A stretch of DNA of 64,000 bases from Bacteroidales bacterium UBA3543. Its GTDB lineage: Bacteria; Bacteroidota; Bacteroidia; Bacteroidales; UBA932. Where the stretch lies: assembly GCA_002376715.1 (NCBI GenBank), contig DFOK01000110.1, positions 67-64,066 of the forward strand, given 5' to 3'. Under the pieces are notes generated by a model. That model was not told where the DNA came from and searched no databases. It saw only the letters and a program-made list of their open reading frames with translations. Positions 49,318 through 59,177 of the stretch are shown here, piece after piece (within the stretch, counting starts at the first letter, position 1; each line of letters starts with the position of its first letter). The translations under genes and the position numbers were made by a program.

Positions 49318-52300
49318 ATGAAAGTTATATCTCCTGTTGGCCGTTTAGCCTTCCCGTTAATACTCTTCACAGCCCTTCTGTTGTCACAGAATCGGGCAGC
49401 GGCGCAGTATTACACACTCGGCAACGACCCCGCTAATGCAAAGTGGTCAATCATACGGGGAGATACATACAAAATCATATATCCGCAACAGACCGACTCC
49501 CTGGCAAGAAGGTATCTCTATCTTTTTGAGAAACACCGGCACACCAACCTTGCCGGACTCAGGATAGAGTCACCTAAAATGCCCATAATCCTTCACCCTT
49601 ATACCACTACAAGCAATGCTACCGTAGTGTGGGCTCCAAGGCGAATGGAAATATTCACCTCGCCGCCGGCAACCGGAGGATATGCCCAAAACTGGGAGAC
49701 ACAACTGGCTCTCCACGAAGGGCGACACCTCGGACAGATGCAGCACTACACAAAGGGGGTGTTCAGTTTTTTCAACATACTCTTTGGAGAGCAGTCGCTG
49801 GCACTGGGCATAGGATTTTACCCTTCTGTGTGGCTTCTGGAAGGAGATGCAGTCCTAAACGAGAGCGACTTTTCCAACGCCGGCCGCGGTAGAAGCGGGG
49901 AATTTCTGATGTACTACAGAACAGCATTTCTACAAGATGATATCCGTTCATATTACCATTGGAGGTATGGTTCATATCGGCATTTTGCTCCCAACAAATA
50001 TGCTTTCGGCTATATGCTGACAAGTATGATGAGATATGCATCCGGTAACTATTATGCTACCGGTGATGCAATGTCAATACAGGTAAAAAGATGGTGGGAT
50101 TTCTTCGGCGTATGGAATACCAGCTTTATCAGGGCCACGGGACGCACACCTAGAAGACACTGGCGTTTGGCAGTCTCATTCATGAGTGATCTGTGGCAGA
50201 AGGATTATCTCAGCAGAGGACCCTATCACATAGCGGAGCCTTTGCTGGCTAAAGAGCCCCGTATATACACCGGTTATACCGACATTCTTCCGACTGAAAA
50301 GGGCATTATTGCTACTAAAAGCGGGTACCACGACTCCAGGATGCTTGTAACAATAGACTCTCTCGGAAAAGAACGTAGGATAAGACCCTTTGCACCCACC
50401 ACCAGTAATATTATATCTGATGGGGATAGCACCCTTATATGGGCTGAAACGATACCTGACCTGCGTTGGGAACTGCAAAATTTCTCCATTATACGCAGCT
50501 ATGACCTCAATAGCAAAGAAATCAGAGATATAACCTCCCGCACCAAATATTTCAACCCTGCACTTTCTGCTGACGGGCAATCCCTTTTCGTGGTAGAATA
50601 TCCCATTGGAGGGGGATCCCAACTGGTGCAGATAGACAAAAAAGAGGGTTTTGTGATAAAGAGAATCCCGGCACCGCCCGGAGGTCAGATTACCGAAATA
50701 GCACAGATCGGCGACTCGCTGTACGCATTGATTATAACCGAATCCGGAATGGGAATATACTGGACGGGGATCTCCTCAGACAACGGAGTATGGCACAACG
50801 AAATCCCCGACCAGCATAGATACATTCAGGATCTGACTGTCAGCGGCAACAGTCTCTGTTTTACATCCGATCTGGACGGCCTTGTCAATAGCTATATCTA
50901 CAACCCCGACCTTAAACTGATGCGCAAACTCACTAACTCGCGTTTCGGGGCCAAATATCCACATATTGACAATAATTCCGGACGCCTCTACTGGGCCGAT
51001 TTCGGACTCAAAGGTTACCAACCCGTATCGGCTCCGCTGGATTCACTGGACTGGAGAGTGGCAGATTTTGGTAAACCCTTTATAAATAATATTTCCGAAC
51101 ATCTCTCACGCCAGGCAAGACTCAATACCGAACCTCTTTCCGAAGAGGAAGATGCAGCTCTCAAGGCAAGGATAGATTCCCTCCCTGCAAAAAATTATAA
51201 AAAACTGCCACACCTGCTTAGAATTCACTCCTGGGCTCCTTTCTATGCTAATATCAACAGGATTATGAATATGAGCTACGAACATTTCTATCAGTTGGTA
51301 TCAGTCGGTGCTACGGTTATTTCCCAAAACGATCTGAGCACTGCCACTATGCAGCTCGGATATTCATACCACAAAGGATTCCACTCCGGACACCTCAATT
51401 TCAATTATTCAGGACTCTATCCTGTATTGGAAATAGCAGTAGATTACAACGACAGACATCGCACTAACACCACAATTGAAGAGGTACACCACCATCAGAC
51501 TATTTTACCGGCTCATCCGGGAGTAATGCCCGGAGAGGTATATCCGATAAGACACACCATTGACACAACAGACATCCCCTCCTGGGATGTTTCATTGAGA
51601 ACTTATGTCCCCCTCAATCTCAGTAAATCGGGCTGGAACAGCGGTTTGATACCCCAGTTGAGATATGATTTCAGTAACGATAAATACTCCCTTTTCGGAC
51701 ATAAAGGCATCTATCGCCAAAGTCTGACCTACGGAGTGCGTTACTATAAGATGCTCCCCAACCCAAAGAGTCGTCTCTTCCCCAAATGGGGTTTCGGCGT
51801 CCAAGTCAGTGGAGCATATTCTCATGGACCTCACAACTCCTCAGGCAATATTGCATACTTCTATACTTACGGTTATCTGCCGGGCATTCTGAACAATCAG
51901 GGAATTAAACTCTCAGCCGCATATCAAAAGCAATTCAATAAGAGAGCATTCGGATATCTCCCCAATTTGGCTTCAATGCCGAGAGGTTTCGACAACATCG
52001 TGCTGATGGATTATGCTAAATTCACCGCAGATTATGCAATCCCGATCTATCTCGGTGATGTCACCTGGCCCTGGCTCTACTATCTTAAGCGCCTTCAGAT
52101 AATTCCTTTTGGCGACTTCGCCATTAACAGATCTTCCTGGTATCCTCAAAACGGAATTATTAAACCTATCGACCAAAAATATCTCTACTCATACGGAGTG
52201 GATGTTCTTGTCAATGCCCACCTCCTGCGTATCGGAAGTGAACTTTCATTTGGATTTCGCTATGCAAGAACAAGTTTAGGTACTAATTATTGGAATGCAC

Positions 52301-52323
52301 TCTTCAGCACAGGCCTGTTTTAA
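49318..52323 (+). CDS. Large secreted/outer-membrane protein of unknown function (HExxH motif, propeller-like middle, beta-barrel-like C-terminus)
   Basis: 1001 aa with a signal peptide ending AAAQ. LHEGRH at residues 132-137. TolB/PD40-like segments (ALSADGQSLFVVEY, SGRLYWADFG). The C-terminal third is rich in alternating aromatic residues and ends in F. Confidence 0.5.
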   Translation: MKVISPVGRLAFPLILFTALLLSQNRAAAQYYTLGNDPANAKWSIIRGDTYKIIYPQQTDSLARRYLYLFEKHRHTNLAGLRIESPKMPIILHPYTTTSNATVVWAPRRMEIFTSPPATGGYAQNWETQLALHEGRHLGQMQHYTKGVFSFFNILFGEQSLALGIGFYPSVWLLEGDAVLNESDFSNAGRGRSGEFLMYYRTAFLQDDIRSYYHWRYGSYRHFAPNKYAFGYMLTSMMRYASGNYYATGDAMSIQVKRWWDFFGVWNTSFIRATGRTPRRHWRLAVSFMSDLWQKDYLSRGPYHIAEPLLAKEPRIYTGYTDILPTEKGIIATKSGYHDSRMLVTIDSLGKERRIRPFAPTTSNIISDGDSTLIWAETIPDLRWELQNFSIIRSYDLNSKEIRDITSRTKYFNPALSADGQSLFVVEYPIGGGSQLVQIDKKEGFVIKRIPAPPGGQITEIAQIGDSLYALIITESGMGIYWTGISSDNGVWHNEIPDQHRYIQDLTVSGNSLCFTSDLDGLVNSYIYNPDLKLMRKLTNSRFGAKYPHIDNNSGRLYWADFGLKGYQPVSAPLDSLDWRVADFGKPFINNISEHLSRQARLNTEPLSEEEDAALKARIDSLPAKNYKKLPHLLRIHSWAPFYANINRIMNMSYEHFYQLVSVGATVISQNDLSTATMQLGYSYHKGFHSGHLNFNYSGLYPVLEIAVDYNDRHRTNTTIEEVHHHQTILPAHPGVMPGEVYPIRHTIDTTDIPSWDVSLRTYVPLNLSKSGWNSGLIPQLRYDFSNDKYSLFGHKGIYRQSLTYGVRYYKMLPNPKSRLFPKWGFGVQVSGAYSHGPHNSSGNIAYFYTYGYLPGILNNQGIKLSAAYQKQFNKRAFGYLPNLASMPRGFDNIVLMDYAKFTADYAIPIYLGDVTWPWLYYLKRLQIIPFGDFAINRSSWYPQNGIIKPIDQKYLYSYGVDVLVNAHLLRIGSELSFGFRYARTSLGTNYWNALFSTGLF

Positions 52324-52334
52324 AATTTTATTGA

Positions 52335-53033
52335 ATGAATAAGACTTCCGCACTTAAATTACACTGGTTTGACTGGTTCCTGATATTGGGAGTCACGATC
52401 ACGAGCATCATAACCTCTGCATTTGCGGAACGGTTCGATTGGCTGGGGCTTATAATCAACATTACGGGCATCATAAATTTGGTGCTCTGCGCCAAAGGCA
52501 ATCTGATAAATTACTTTTTCGGTATCATATACAATGCGCTCTACATCTATGTGGCATTTTCCACAAAACTCTACGCCGATTCTGCCATATATCTGCTCTA
52601 TTATCTGCCAATGCAGTTTGTTGGATGGGCCAACTGGAAGAAAAACCAAAATAAAGAGAGTGGAGCGGTGATAACCAGGCGCCTCACTATGAAGAGTGCT
52701 GCCCTGCTTATTGCAATCGCAGCAGTACTTGTTCCGTTGTTTGCATGGATACTTGCTCTGCCGGTCATCGGAGATGCTCAGCCGTGGGCCGATTCCGCTA
52801 CTACCGTAGCCTCAATCATAGCGATGTATATGATGGTAAAGGCCTATGTTGAACAGTGGTATATCTGGCTTGTGCTTGACGTGATTCAAAGCGTAAAATG
52901 GCTTGTTGAGACCATTCGTGGAGGAGAACATGCTGCGATGATGCTCATAATGTTTCTCTTTTTCACGGCAAATGCCATCTATGGCCTCATTCAGTGGAAT
53001 CGTCTTGAGAAGAGTGAAAGTAATCGGAAATGA
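52335..53033 (+). CDS. pnuC: PnuC-family nicotinamide riboside transporter
   Basis: 232 aa, 7 TM segments. LCAKGNLINYFFGIIYNALYIYV and PMQFVGWANWKKN are PnuC-type motifs. Confidence 0.75.
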   Translation: MNKTSALKLHWFDWFLILGVTITSIITSAFAERFDWLGLIINITGIINLVLCAKGNLINYFFGIIYNALYIYVAFSTKLYADSAIYLLYYLPMQFVGWANWKKNQNKESGAVITRRLTMKSAALLIAIAAVLVPLFAWILALPVIGDAQPWADSATTVASIIAMYMMVKAYVEQWYIWLVLDVIQSVKWLVETIRGGEHAAMMLIMFLFFTANAIYGLIQWNRLEKSESNRK

Positions 53034-54795
53034 CCTTTGCCAGATGAGGTCCGACACACTCTCTGAGCTCTTCGAATGATGCCTGACGAATGCGCGTTAC
53101 GCTTTTGAAGTGTTTTAAAAGTTTGGTCTGTGTGACCTCTCCCACCCCTTTTATTTGTGAAAGTTCACTGCGGATCTGCCGTTTGCTACGTCTGCCCCTA
53201 TGATGGGTCAGGCCAAATCTGTGCGCTTCGTCACGAATTTGCATCAGTAAACGCAGGGATGTAGAATTTTTATCGAGCCAGAGCGGTGTGGGATCTCCGG
53301 GAATTATAATTTCCTCAAGCCTTTCGGCAATTCCTGCCAGCGCTACTTCACCTGGGATACCAAGTTCTTCCAGTGCCTCATAGGCGAAGTTGACCTGTCC
53401 GCGTCCTCCGTCGATAATTACCAGCTGTGGCAAAGATTCTCCTTCGGCAATCATACGCGAATAGCGACGGTTGACCACTTCTTTCATCGATGCATAGTCA
53501 TTTGTCCCAACCACGCTCTTGATATTGAAATGACGATACTCCTTTTTGCTTGGAACGCCATCTCTGAAGACCACACATGCTGCAACGGGATCCGTACCCT
53601 GAATATTGGAGTTGTCGAAGCATTCGATATGGACAGGGAGCTTATCCAGACTCAGATCCTTTTTAAGATTGGCGACTATACGTTCACGATGCTCATCGGG
53701 CCGGAGCGCCTCCTCCTGTTTTAGGCGGTTTATCTTCATCTGGGCGGCATTTTTACGACTGAGCTCCAGCAATGACTTTTTGTCACCTCTAACGGGAATA
53801 TGGATATTCTTCCCCTCAAATTCCTGGTCAGGTAAAAAAGGTACCAGCACCTCGGAGGAGAGTTCACCGAATCTGGAGATTATTTCTGCTATAATTTCGC
53901 TCAGAATCTCCTCCCTGCTTTGTTCAATACGCACCTTAAGCTCCATGTTGAAGGAATGTACAATTGCACCCTGCCTTACGCGTATAAAATTGGAAAAGAC
54001 GTCATTCCCCTCTTCGACAAACGAGACGGCATCTATGTCCTTTCCACCAAAGCCCACTATCACAGATTTGCTATAGTACTGCTCAAGCAACTCCAATTTT
54101 TCCTTATACTCCTGTGCCTTCTCAAACTCCAAACGTTGCGAATGAAGACTCATTTTCTCTTTAAATTCGCGCTTTAAGGAAGAAAAATCACCTTTTAGCA
54201 AGGAAGCGATACCCTCAATCTGACGGTTGTACTCCTCCTCTTTCATCAATCCCACACAAGGGGCGGCACATTTACCTATATGATGGTTGAGACAGGGACG
54301 ATATTTGCCGGCGGAGATTATTTCGGGAGTAAGCGAAAGCTTGCAATCGCGTAGTTTGTAGAGTCCGGAAATTAGCAGGATCAACTGGTTTGCGTGATAA
54401 GCCGAACTGTAGGGCCCGAAATAGAGAGATCCATCCTTAACATATCTTCTGGTGGTGATTATTCTCGGGAAAGGTTCGTTGCGAATGCATATCCACGGAT
54501 AGGTTTTTCCATCCTTCAGGAGAATGTTGTATTTCGGCTGAAACTCCTTGATAAGCAAATTTTCCAGTAAAAGCGCATCCTGTTCGCTTCCAACTACGGT
54601 ATACTCCAGATCTGCGATTTTCGAGACCATAACTCTAGTCTTGCGATCGAGGGATTCAGGCGGTCCGAAATATTGAGAAACTCTTTTCTTCAGGTTCTTT
54701 GCCTTACCTACATATATTATCGTCCCCTCCGAATCAAGATATCTGTAAACACCGGGGTTTTGCGGAAGAAATTCTATTTTATCCCTCACTTCCAT
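52987..54795 (-). CDS. uvrC: Excinuclease ABC subunit C
   Basis: ORF 52987..54954; ATG at 54795 gives MEVRDKIEFLPQNPGVYRYLDSEGTIIYVGKAKNLKKRV (GIY-YIG). UvrBC-interaction region, endonuclease domain and C-terminal HhH. Confidence 0.93.
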   Translation of the reverse strand: MEVRDKIEFLPQNPGVYRYLDSEGTIIYVGKAKNLKKRVSQYFGPPESLDRKTRVMVSKIADLEYTVVGSEQDALLLENLLIKEFQPKYNILLKDGKTYPWICIRNEPFPRIITTRRYVKDGSLYFGPYSSAYHANQLILLISGLYKLRDCKLSLTPEIISAGKYRPCLNHHIGKCAAPCVGLMKEEEYNRQIEGIASLLKGDFSSLKREFKEKMSLHSQRLEFEKAQEYKEKLELLEQYYSKSVIVGFGGKDIDAVSFVEEGNDVFSNFIRVRQGAIVHSFNMELKVRIEQSREEILSEIIAEIISRFGELSSEVLVPFLPDQEFEGKNIHIPVRGDKKSLLELSRKNAAQMKINRLKQEEALRPDEHRERIVANLKKDLSLDKLPVHIECFDNSNIQGTDPVAACVVFRDGVPSKKEYRHFNIKSVVGTNDYASMKEVVNRRYSRMIAEGESLPQLVIIDGGRGQVNFAYEALEELGIPGEVALAGIAERLEEIIIPGDPTPLWLDKNSTSLRLLMQIRDEAHRFGLTHHRGRRSKRQIRSELSQIKGVGEVTQTKLLKHFKSVTRIRQASFEELRECVGPHLAKVISDYFHSSQDDSTE

Positions 54796-54856
54796 TTTTT
54801 GAGCAAGATATGAGCAAAATATGTATATTTGCGGCAAACTTAAACCTTGCCGGCTG

Positions 54857-56686
54857 ATGGATAAAACAAAAGTAATCAATAAATCGGACATAATGAAAGT
54901 CATTAAAATGAAAGGTCCGATTGGTTGGATTGTGTCAACGCTGGCTATGTCCATTCTGGGATTTAATAAAGTTAATCGCAGTTTTTACCGTTGCAGGCAC
55001 CTCTCCGGCCCTGATTTTTCCGAAGCCATACTCAAAGATATAGGCATTTCCATAGATGTCAATTCTGCACAACTCGATTACCTGCCCCTTGAAGGGCCGT
55101 TCATCACCATATCAAATCATCATTTTGGCGGAGCAGACGGACTGATGCTAAGCGCGATTGTGGGCGCAATCCGTCCCGACCTTAAGCTTCTCACCAACTT
55201 TCTCCTCTCAATGATTCCTACACTGGAGGAGAGTTTTATACCGGTCAATCCCTTTTCCGATTCCACCAGCAAACGTAAGAGTATTGCAGGTATCAGGACA
55301 GCAATGGAACACATCGAAAAGGGAGGCTGCCTGGCTCTCTTTCCGGCAGGCGAGGTCGCCACTATCCAGAAAGGAGATAACCGAACTTCACTCAAAAGTG
55401 GCAGAGTGGTAGAAGATATCCCCTGGCCTTCCAATATGATTAAACTCATAAAGAACGCCAATGTGCCGGTTGTGCCAATTTACTTCGAAGGTGAAAATAG
55501 TCGTTGGTTTCATTTTTTAGGCAGAATTCACCCGATGCTCAGGACCTTATCTCTTGCCAACCAACTCTTTAAAAAGCGTGGCAAGACTATCCCCATGCGC
55601 ATAGGCTGGCCTGTTTTCACTTCGGAAATTGCCGACTTTGACAATCTTGACGACCTGGGACGCCACCTCCGAAGCAGAGTCTATGCCCTTCAGGCAGAAT
55701 TTGCGGACCCCAACAAGGAGAATAAAGTGGAGCATGTCGCCCCGATAGCCCTTCCTAAAGATCGCAAGGCGATACTTAAGGAGTTATCACGGATCAAGGA
55801 TAATAAACTCTACCAAACGGCCCAGTACCATTGCTTCCTGGCGAACTACGAAGATATCCCCAATCTGATTCACGAGGTAGGTCGCAGACGCGAAGAGGCC
55901 TTCAGAGCCAGCGGAGAGGGCACCAATACAGCTTTAGATATAGACAACTTTGACCAATACTTTAAACATCTGATCCTATGGGACTCCTCCCAGAAAAAAC
56001 TTGCGGGCGCCTATCGTCTCGGCATTGGAGAGGAGATATTTGCTAAGCACGGTGGCATCAGCGGATTCTATTCATCCAGCCTTTTCGTCTATAAAGAAGA
56101 GTTCGAGCCTATCCTGCGCAAGACTATAGAATTGGGCAGGAGCTTTGTCAGCGTCGAATACCAGAAGGAGGCACTGCCCTTAATGTTGCTCATCAAGGGA
56201 CTTATGCACTCCGTGATGCTATATCCTGATGTAGAGTATTTACTGGGTCCCGTGAGCATATCCAACTCTTACCCAAGATTTTTCCAGAGTCTGATGTTCT
56301 ATTATATCATGGAGCAATGCAGAACCGACTTTGGACGCGATCTGATATCACCACGCAAACCTTTCACACCTGATTATCTCAAGACCGATCCTGAATATCT
56401 GCTGATGGGCAAGATGAGCACTTTAGAAAAGTTTGACAAGTATCTGATGCGCCTTTCTGACAACAAATACCGTATGCCTACCCTTGTCAAAAAATATATC
56501 AAAATCAATTCAAAGATCATCTGTTTCAATGTTGATCCGCTATTCAACTACTGTCTGGATGGGCTTGTGCTGCTCAAAATCGCAGACTTCCCCAAACAGG
56601 AACTTCTGATGATGACAAGGGATATCGAGAATCCTTTCGAGCGCGAAAAGATATTCAATCATTTCGGCTATTCACTCAAAGATTAA
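54857..56686 (+). CDS. Fused PlsC-type O-acyltransferase plus GNAT-like N-acyltransferase (OlsF-like aminolipid synthase)
   Basis: ATG at 54857 (MDKTKVINK). The N-terminal half has the acyltransferase HX4D motif (NHHFGGADG) and FPAGEV. The C-terminal half resembles OlsB/hemolysin-like GNAT domains (GAYRLG, ELGRSFV). Confidence 0.6.
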   Translation: MDKTKVINKSDIMKVIKMKGPIGWIVSTLAMSILGFNKVNRSFYRCRHLSGPDFSEAILKDIGISIDVNSAQLDYLPLEGPFITISNHHFGGADGLMLSAIVGAIRPDLKLLTNFLLSMIPTLEESFIPVNPFSDSTSKRKSIAGIRTAMEHIEKGGCLALFPAGEVATIQKGDNRTSLKSGRVVEDIPWPSNMIKLIKNANVPVVPIYFEGENSRWFHFLGRIHPMLRTLSLANQLFKKRGKTIPMRIGWPVFTSEIADFDNLDDLGRHLRSRVYALQAEFADPNKENKVEHVAPIALPKDRKAILKELSRIKDNKLYQTAQYHCFLANYEDIPNLIHEVGRRREEAFRASGEGTNTALDIDNFDQYFKHLILWDSSQKKLAGAYRLGIGEEIFAKHGGISGFYSSSLFVYKEEFEPILRKTIELGRSFVSVEYQKEALPLMLLIKGLMHSVMLYPDVEYLLGPVSISNSYPRFFQSLMFYYIMEQCRTDFGRDLISPRKPFTPDYLKTDPEYLLMGKMSTLEKFDKYLMRLSDNKYRMPTLVKKYIKINSKIICFNVDPLFNYCLDGLVLLKIADFPKQELLMMTRDIENPFEREKIFNHFGYSLKD

Positions 56687-56703
56687 AAGATCAAGAAGCT
56701 CTT

Positions 56704-56913
56704 TCAGGGCACGGGGTCATACCCGGAGCCGCCCCATGGGTGACAACGCAGGATGCGCTTTACTGCGAGGTATATCCCTTTGAATACTCCATGTTTGCGT
56801 AGGGCATCCATAGCATATACCGAGCAGGTTGGAGTGAACCTGCAGGCATTGCCTACATATGGAGAGATGAAAAACTTATAGAACTTCAGCAGCATCAGCA
56901 GCGGGAAGATCAT
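56704..56913 (-). CDS. yidD: Membrane protein insertion efficiency factor YidD
   Basis: FYKFFISP...[19 protein letters not shown]...[18 protein letters not shown] at 56913 gives the usual ~69-aa length; the track start is 56979. Confidence 0.88.
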   Translation of the reverse strand: MIFPLLMLLKFYKFFISPYVGNACRFTPTCSVYAMDALRKHGVFKGIYLAVKRILRCHPWGGSGYDPVP

Positions 56914-57277
56914 TACCTTTCGTACCACTGCCAGCGATTTTGACCAGAATCTCTCCCATTTTTGAGAAAATGGAGCCATAATCCTTTATTTCTTTTGCCA
57001 CATAAATAAACATCAAGTCGCAGAAAGGCTCTCCTCCCAAAAGATGTTTCAGGTGTCTGTAAGCCTCACGCATCCTCCTCTTCAGAAGATTGCGCACCAC
57101 AGCACGTTTGAATGATTTTTTGGGCACGGTAAAGAGTGCGCGATGACACTCTGAGCCGGTGTTATTTCTGTATAAAACTCTTAAGGGGTATCTGAACACG
57201 ACATCCCCGCTTTCCAAAAGAGCATCAATGTCTTTTTTAAAGCAAACCTTCTCGTGTTTTGGAAACCCAAAATCCAT
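56876..57277 (-). CDS. rnpA: Ribonuclease P protein component
   Basis: 133 aa, basic, [22 protein letters not shown]. Confidence 0.88.
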   Translation of the reverse strand: MDFGFPKHEKVCFKKDIDALLESGDVVFRYPLRVLYRNNTGSECHRALFTVPKKSFKRAVVRNLLKRRMREAYRHLKHLLGGEPFCDLMFIYVAKEIKDYGSIFSKMGEILVKIAGSGTKGNDLPAADAAEVL

Positions 57278-58018
57278 CTAATGCGACTTTTCAAAATAGT
57301 TGAGCAGAGCCTTTGCTATTGAAGGGGCCTCAGGAGTGGGTGCCTCTATCTCAGTCTTGAGTTTTGCATCTTTCATAGCTTTGGCGGTGGTAGGGCCGTA
57401 GGTGGCGAAGAGTAGTGAGCCCTGTTGGAACTCGGGATAACTTTCAAGAAGAGATTTCACATCTGAAGGGCTATAGAATACCACCATCTGATATTTGCTC
57501 AGATCAAGCGAACTCAGGTCAGCGCTTACCGTCTTCACAAAAACCGCACTGCCGTGTTTGAGTTTTGCCTTGGTGAAAAGCTTTTTCACATCGGGACGAA
57601 GCCCATCCGTACAGGCAATCAGGAAATTTTCCCCCTTGTGTTTTGCCCCAATGTTATCCACCATTGAGGAGATCGTACCGTTACCGAAAAAGATTTTCCT
57701 CTTTCGATAAACAATATAAGTCTGGAGATATTGTGCTATCAATTCTGATTGGCAGAAATATTTCATCGTCTCGGGAACGGTCAACCTGATCTCTTCACAT
57801 ATTCTGAAAAAAGCGTCTATGGCTACCCTTGAGGTAAAAACTACAGCCGTATAGTCAAGAATATTGACCTTATTGGCTCTGAACTCCCGGGCTGTGACAC
57901 CCTCCACGGTAAAAAAAGGATGAAAATCCACATTTACGCCATATTTTGAAATAAGCTCCGTATAGGGAGAAGCATTTGTGGGAGCGGGTTGAGAGATTAA
58001 GATGTTGTCAATTGTCAT
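57278..58018 (-). CDS. hemD: Uroporphyrinogen-III synthase-like protein
   Basis: 246 aa with the HemD-fold pattern (ILISQP...YTAVVFTSRVAIDAFF). Has the conserved Bacteroidetes neighbour DUF4271. Confidence 0.7.
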   Translation of the reverse strand: MTIDNILISQPAPTNASPYTELISKYGVNVDFHPFFTVEGVTAREFRANKVNILDYTAVVFTSRVAIDAFFRICEEIRLTVPETMKYFCQSELIAQYLQTYIVYRKRKIFFGNGTISSMVDNIGAKHKGENFLIACTDGLRPDVKKLFTKAKLKHGSAVFVKTVSADLSSLDLSKYQMVVFYSPSDVKSLLESYPEFQQGSLLFATYGPTTAKAMKDAKLKTEIEAPTPEAPSIAKALLNYFEKSH

Positions 58019-58021
58019 ATA

Positions 58022-58726
58022 TCAAAACCTTACTGCTATGTCTGCCAAAAGGATGACAGGCAGCAATTCCAGGCCACAAAGATACAAAAAGCCTAAAAAA
58101 TGCGAAAATCCTGAAGAAATAAATATTCCCATACTTTTGATTAAGTATAGCAGACACCATACGAGAAATATCACTCCCAGGCATATCAGAACAACAATAT
58201 GTCCCATATCAGGAATAATGCGCAGAATTACAGGTACCGGTAATGAAGTCAACGTCACCATTATTGTCGCCGAAAAATTGAGACGATAAACATTCTGTAC
58301 GGCCTCTTTTTTACCCCATAACCACGACATAATCAAAAATGAAAGTTGCTTGAAGAGGAAAAAACCGGCAAAAGCGGCCAAAGTTAATAAAAAGCCATGT
58401 GCTGCGACTCCGGATCTGCAGAAGATAAAGCTAAGTAGAGGCAAACAGATCAGAAATGTCACCCGTATTGAAACATTGTTATAATTCTCGTTGAATACTT
58501 CCCGGATTTTCCGCTTATCAGTTAATACCGAAAAAGAACAGAAAGTCGCGTTAATGACCCTGCGGTTAAAAATAATAAAAAGAACAAGCAGAGAAGCGAC
58601 AACGATGGAGAGAATCATATCATTCTCAACAGGCTGTATTGGCATTGAATAAGGCTCGGTGACAAGGGAGAGACGGCTCTCCGGCCAGCAATCGACTATG
58701 GACCTTATGGTATCCTGAACATTCAT
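58022..58726 (-). CDS. DUF4271-like polytopic membrane protein
   Basis: About 234 aa, 6 or more TM segments. ATG at 58726 overlaps the upstream SUI1 stop by 1 nt (TGATG). Positioned upstream of hemD, as is usual for DUF4271. Confidence 0.6.
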   Translation of the reverse strand: MNVQDTIRSIVDCWPESRLSLVTEPYSMPIQPVENDMILSIVVASLLVLFIIFNRRVINATFCSFSVLTDKRKIREVFNENYNNVSIRVTFLICLPLLSFIFCRSGVAAHGFLLTLAAFAGFFLFKQLSFLIMSWLWGKKEAVQNVYRLNFSATIMVTLTSLPVPVILRIIPDMGHIVVLICLGVIFLVWCLLYLIKSMGIFISSGFSHFLGFLYLCGLELLPVILLADIAVRF

Positions 58727-59103
58727 CAATTGCTTCTTTTGGCGTTGTAGCCCATTGACCGGAGCAATGTGACAATCCTGTCGCGGAAATCTCCCTGAAT
58801 AATGATTTCACCCTCTTTAACCGAACCGCCCACACCGCATTTACTCTTGAGAGTTTTGCCTAGTGCCAACAGATCCTCTTCACTTCCAACAAAACCTTTG
58901 ACAAGAGTAACCTGTTTGCCGCCTCGGTTGCGACGGTCGATGGAGACAATCAACCGCTGCTTTTCCGCAGGAATAGTCTCCACCGGAGACTCATCTCCGC
59001 CGGTTTCATATTTAAAGTCGGGATTGGTTGAAAAAACTACTCCCAATCTGCTTTTCCAGTCGTTGTCTGACATATGTGGTTCTTTTTTTGCAAAGGTAGT
59101 CAT
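58726..59103 (-). CDS. yciH: SUI1/YciH-family translation initiation factor
   Basis: RNRGGKQVTLVKGF ... KCGVGGSVKEGEIIIQGDFRDRI. The alternative ATG at 59073 (MSDNDWKSRL) is perhaps the true start. Confidence 0.85.
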   Translation of the reverse strand: MTTFAKKEPHMSDNDWKSRLGVVFSTNPDFKYETGGDESPVETIPAEKQRLIVSIDRRNRGGKQVTLVKGFVGSEEDLLALGKTLKSKCGVGGSVKEGEIIIQGDFRDRIVTLLRSMGYNAKRSN

Positions 59104-59141
59104 AATTATTTTTAACTTTGCTGCTTGTATAAAAGTATATA

Positions 59142-59177
59142 GATTATAACAGATATTATGATTATAACAGATATTAT
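59142..59177 (+). repeat. Perfect 18-bp tandem duplication spanning the start codon of the DUF2723 gene
   Basis: GATTATAACAGATATTAT at 59142-59159 and 59160-59177 creates two in-frame ATGs (59158 and 59176). Confidence 0.9.

Noticed and set aside
54796-54954. 53-codon N-terminal extension of the uvrC ORF.
   Set aside because: The GIY-YIG domain begins right after ATG 54795. The extension is hydrophobic nonsense and overlaps the divergent promoter region and the start of the acyltransferase gene.
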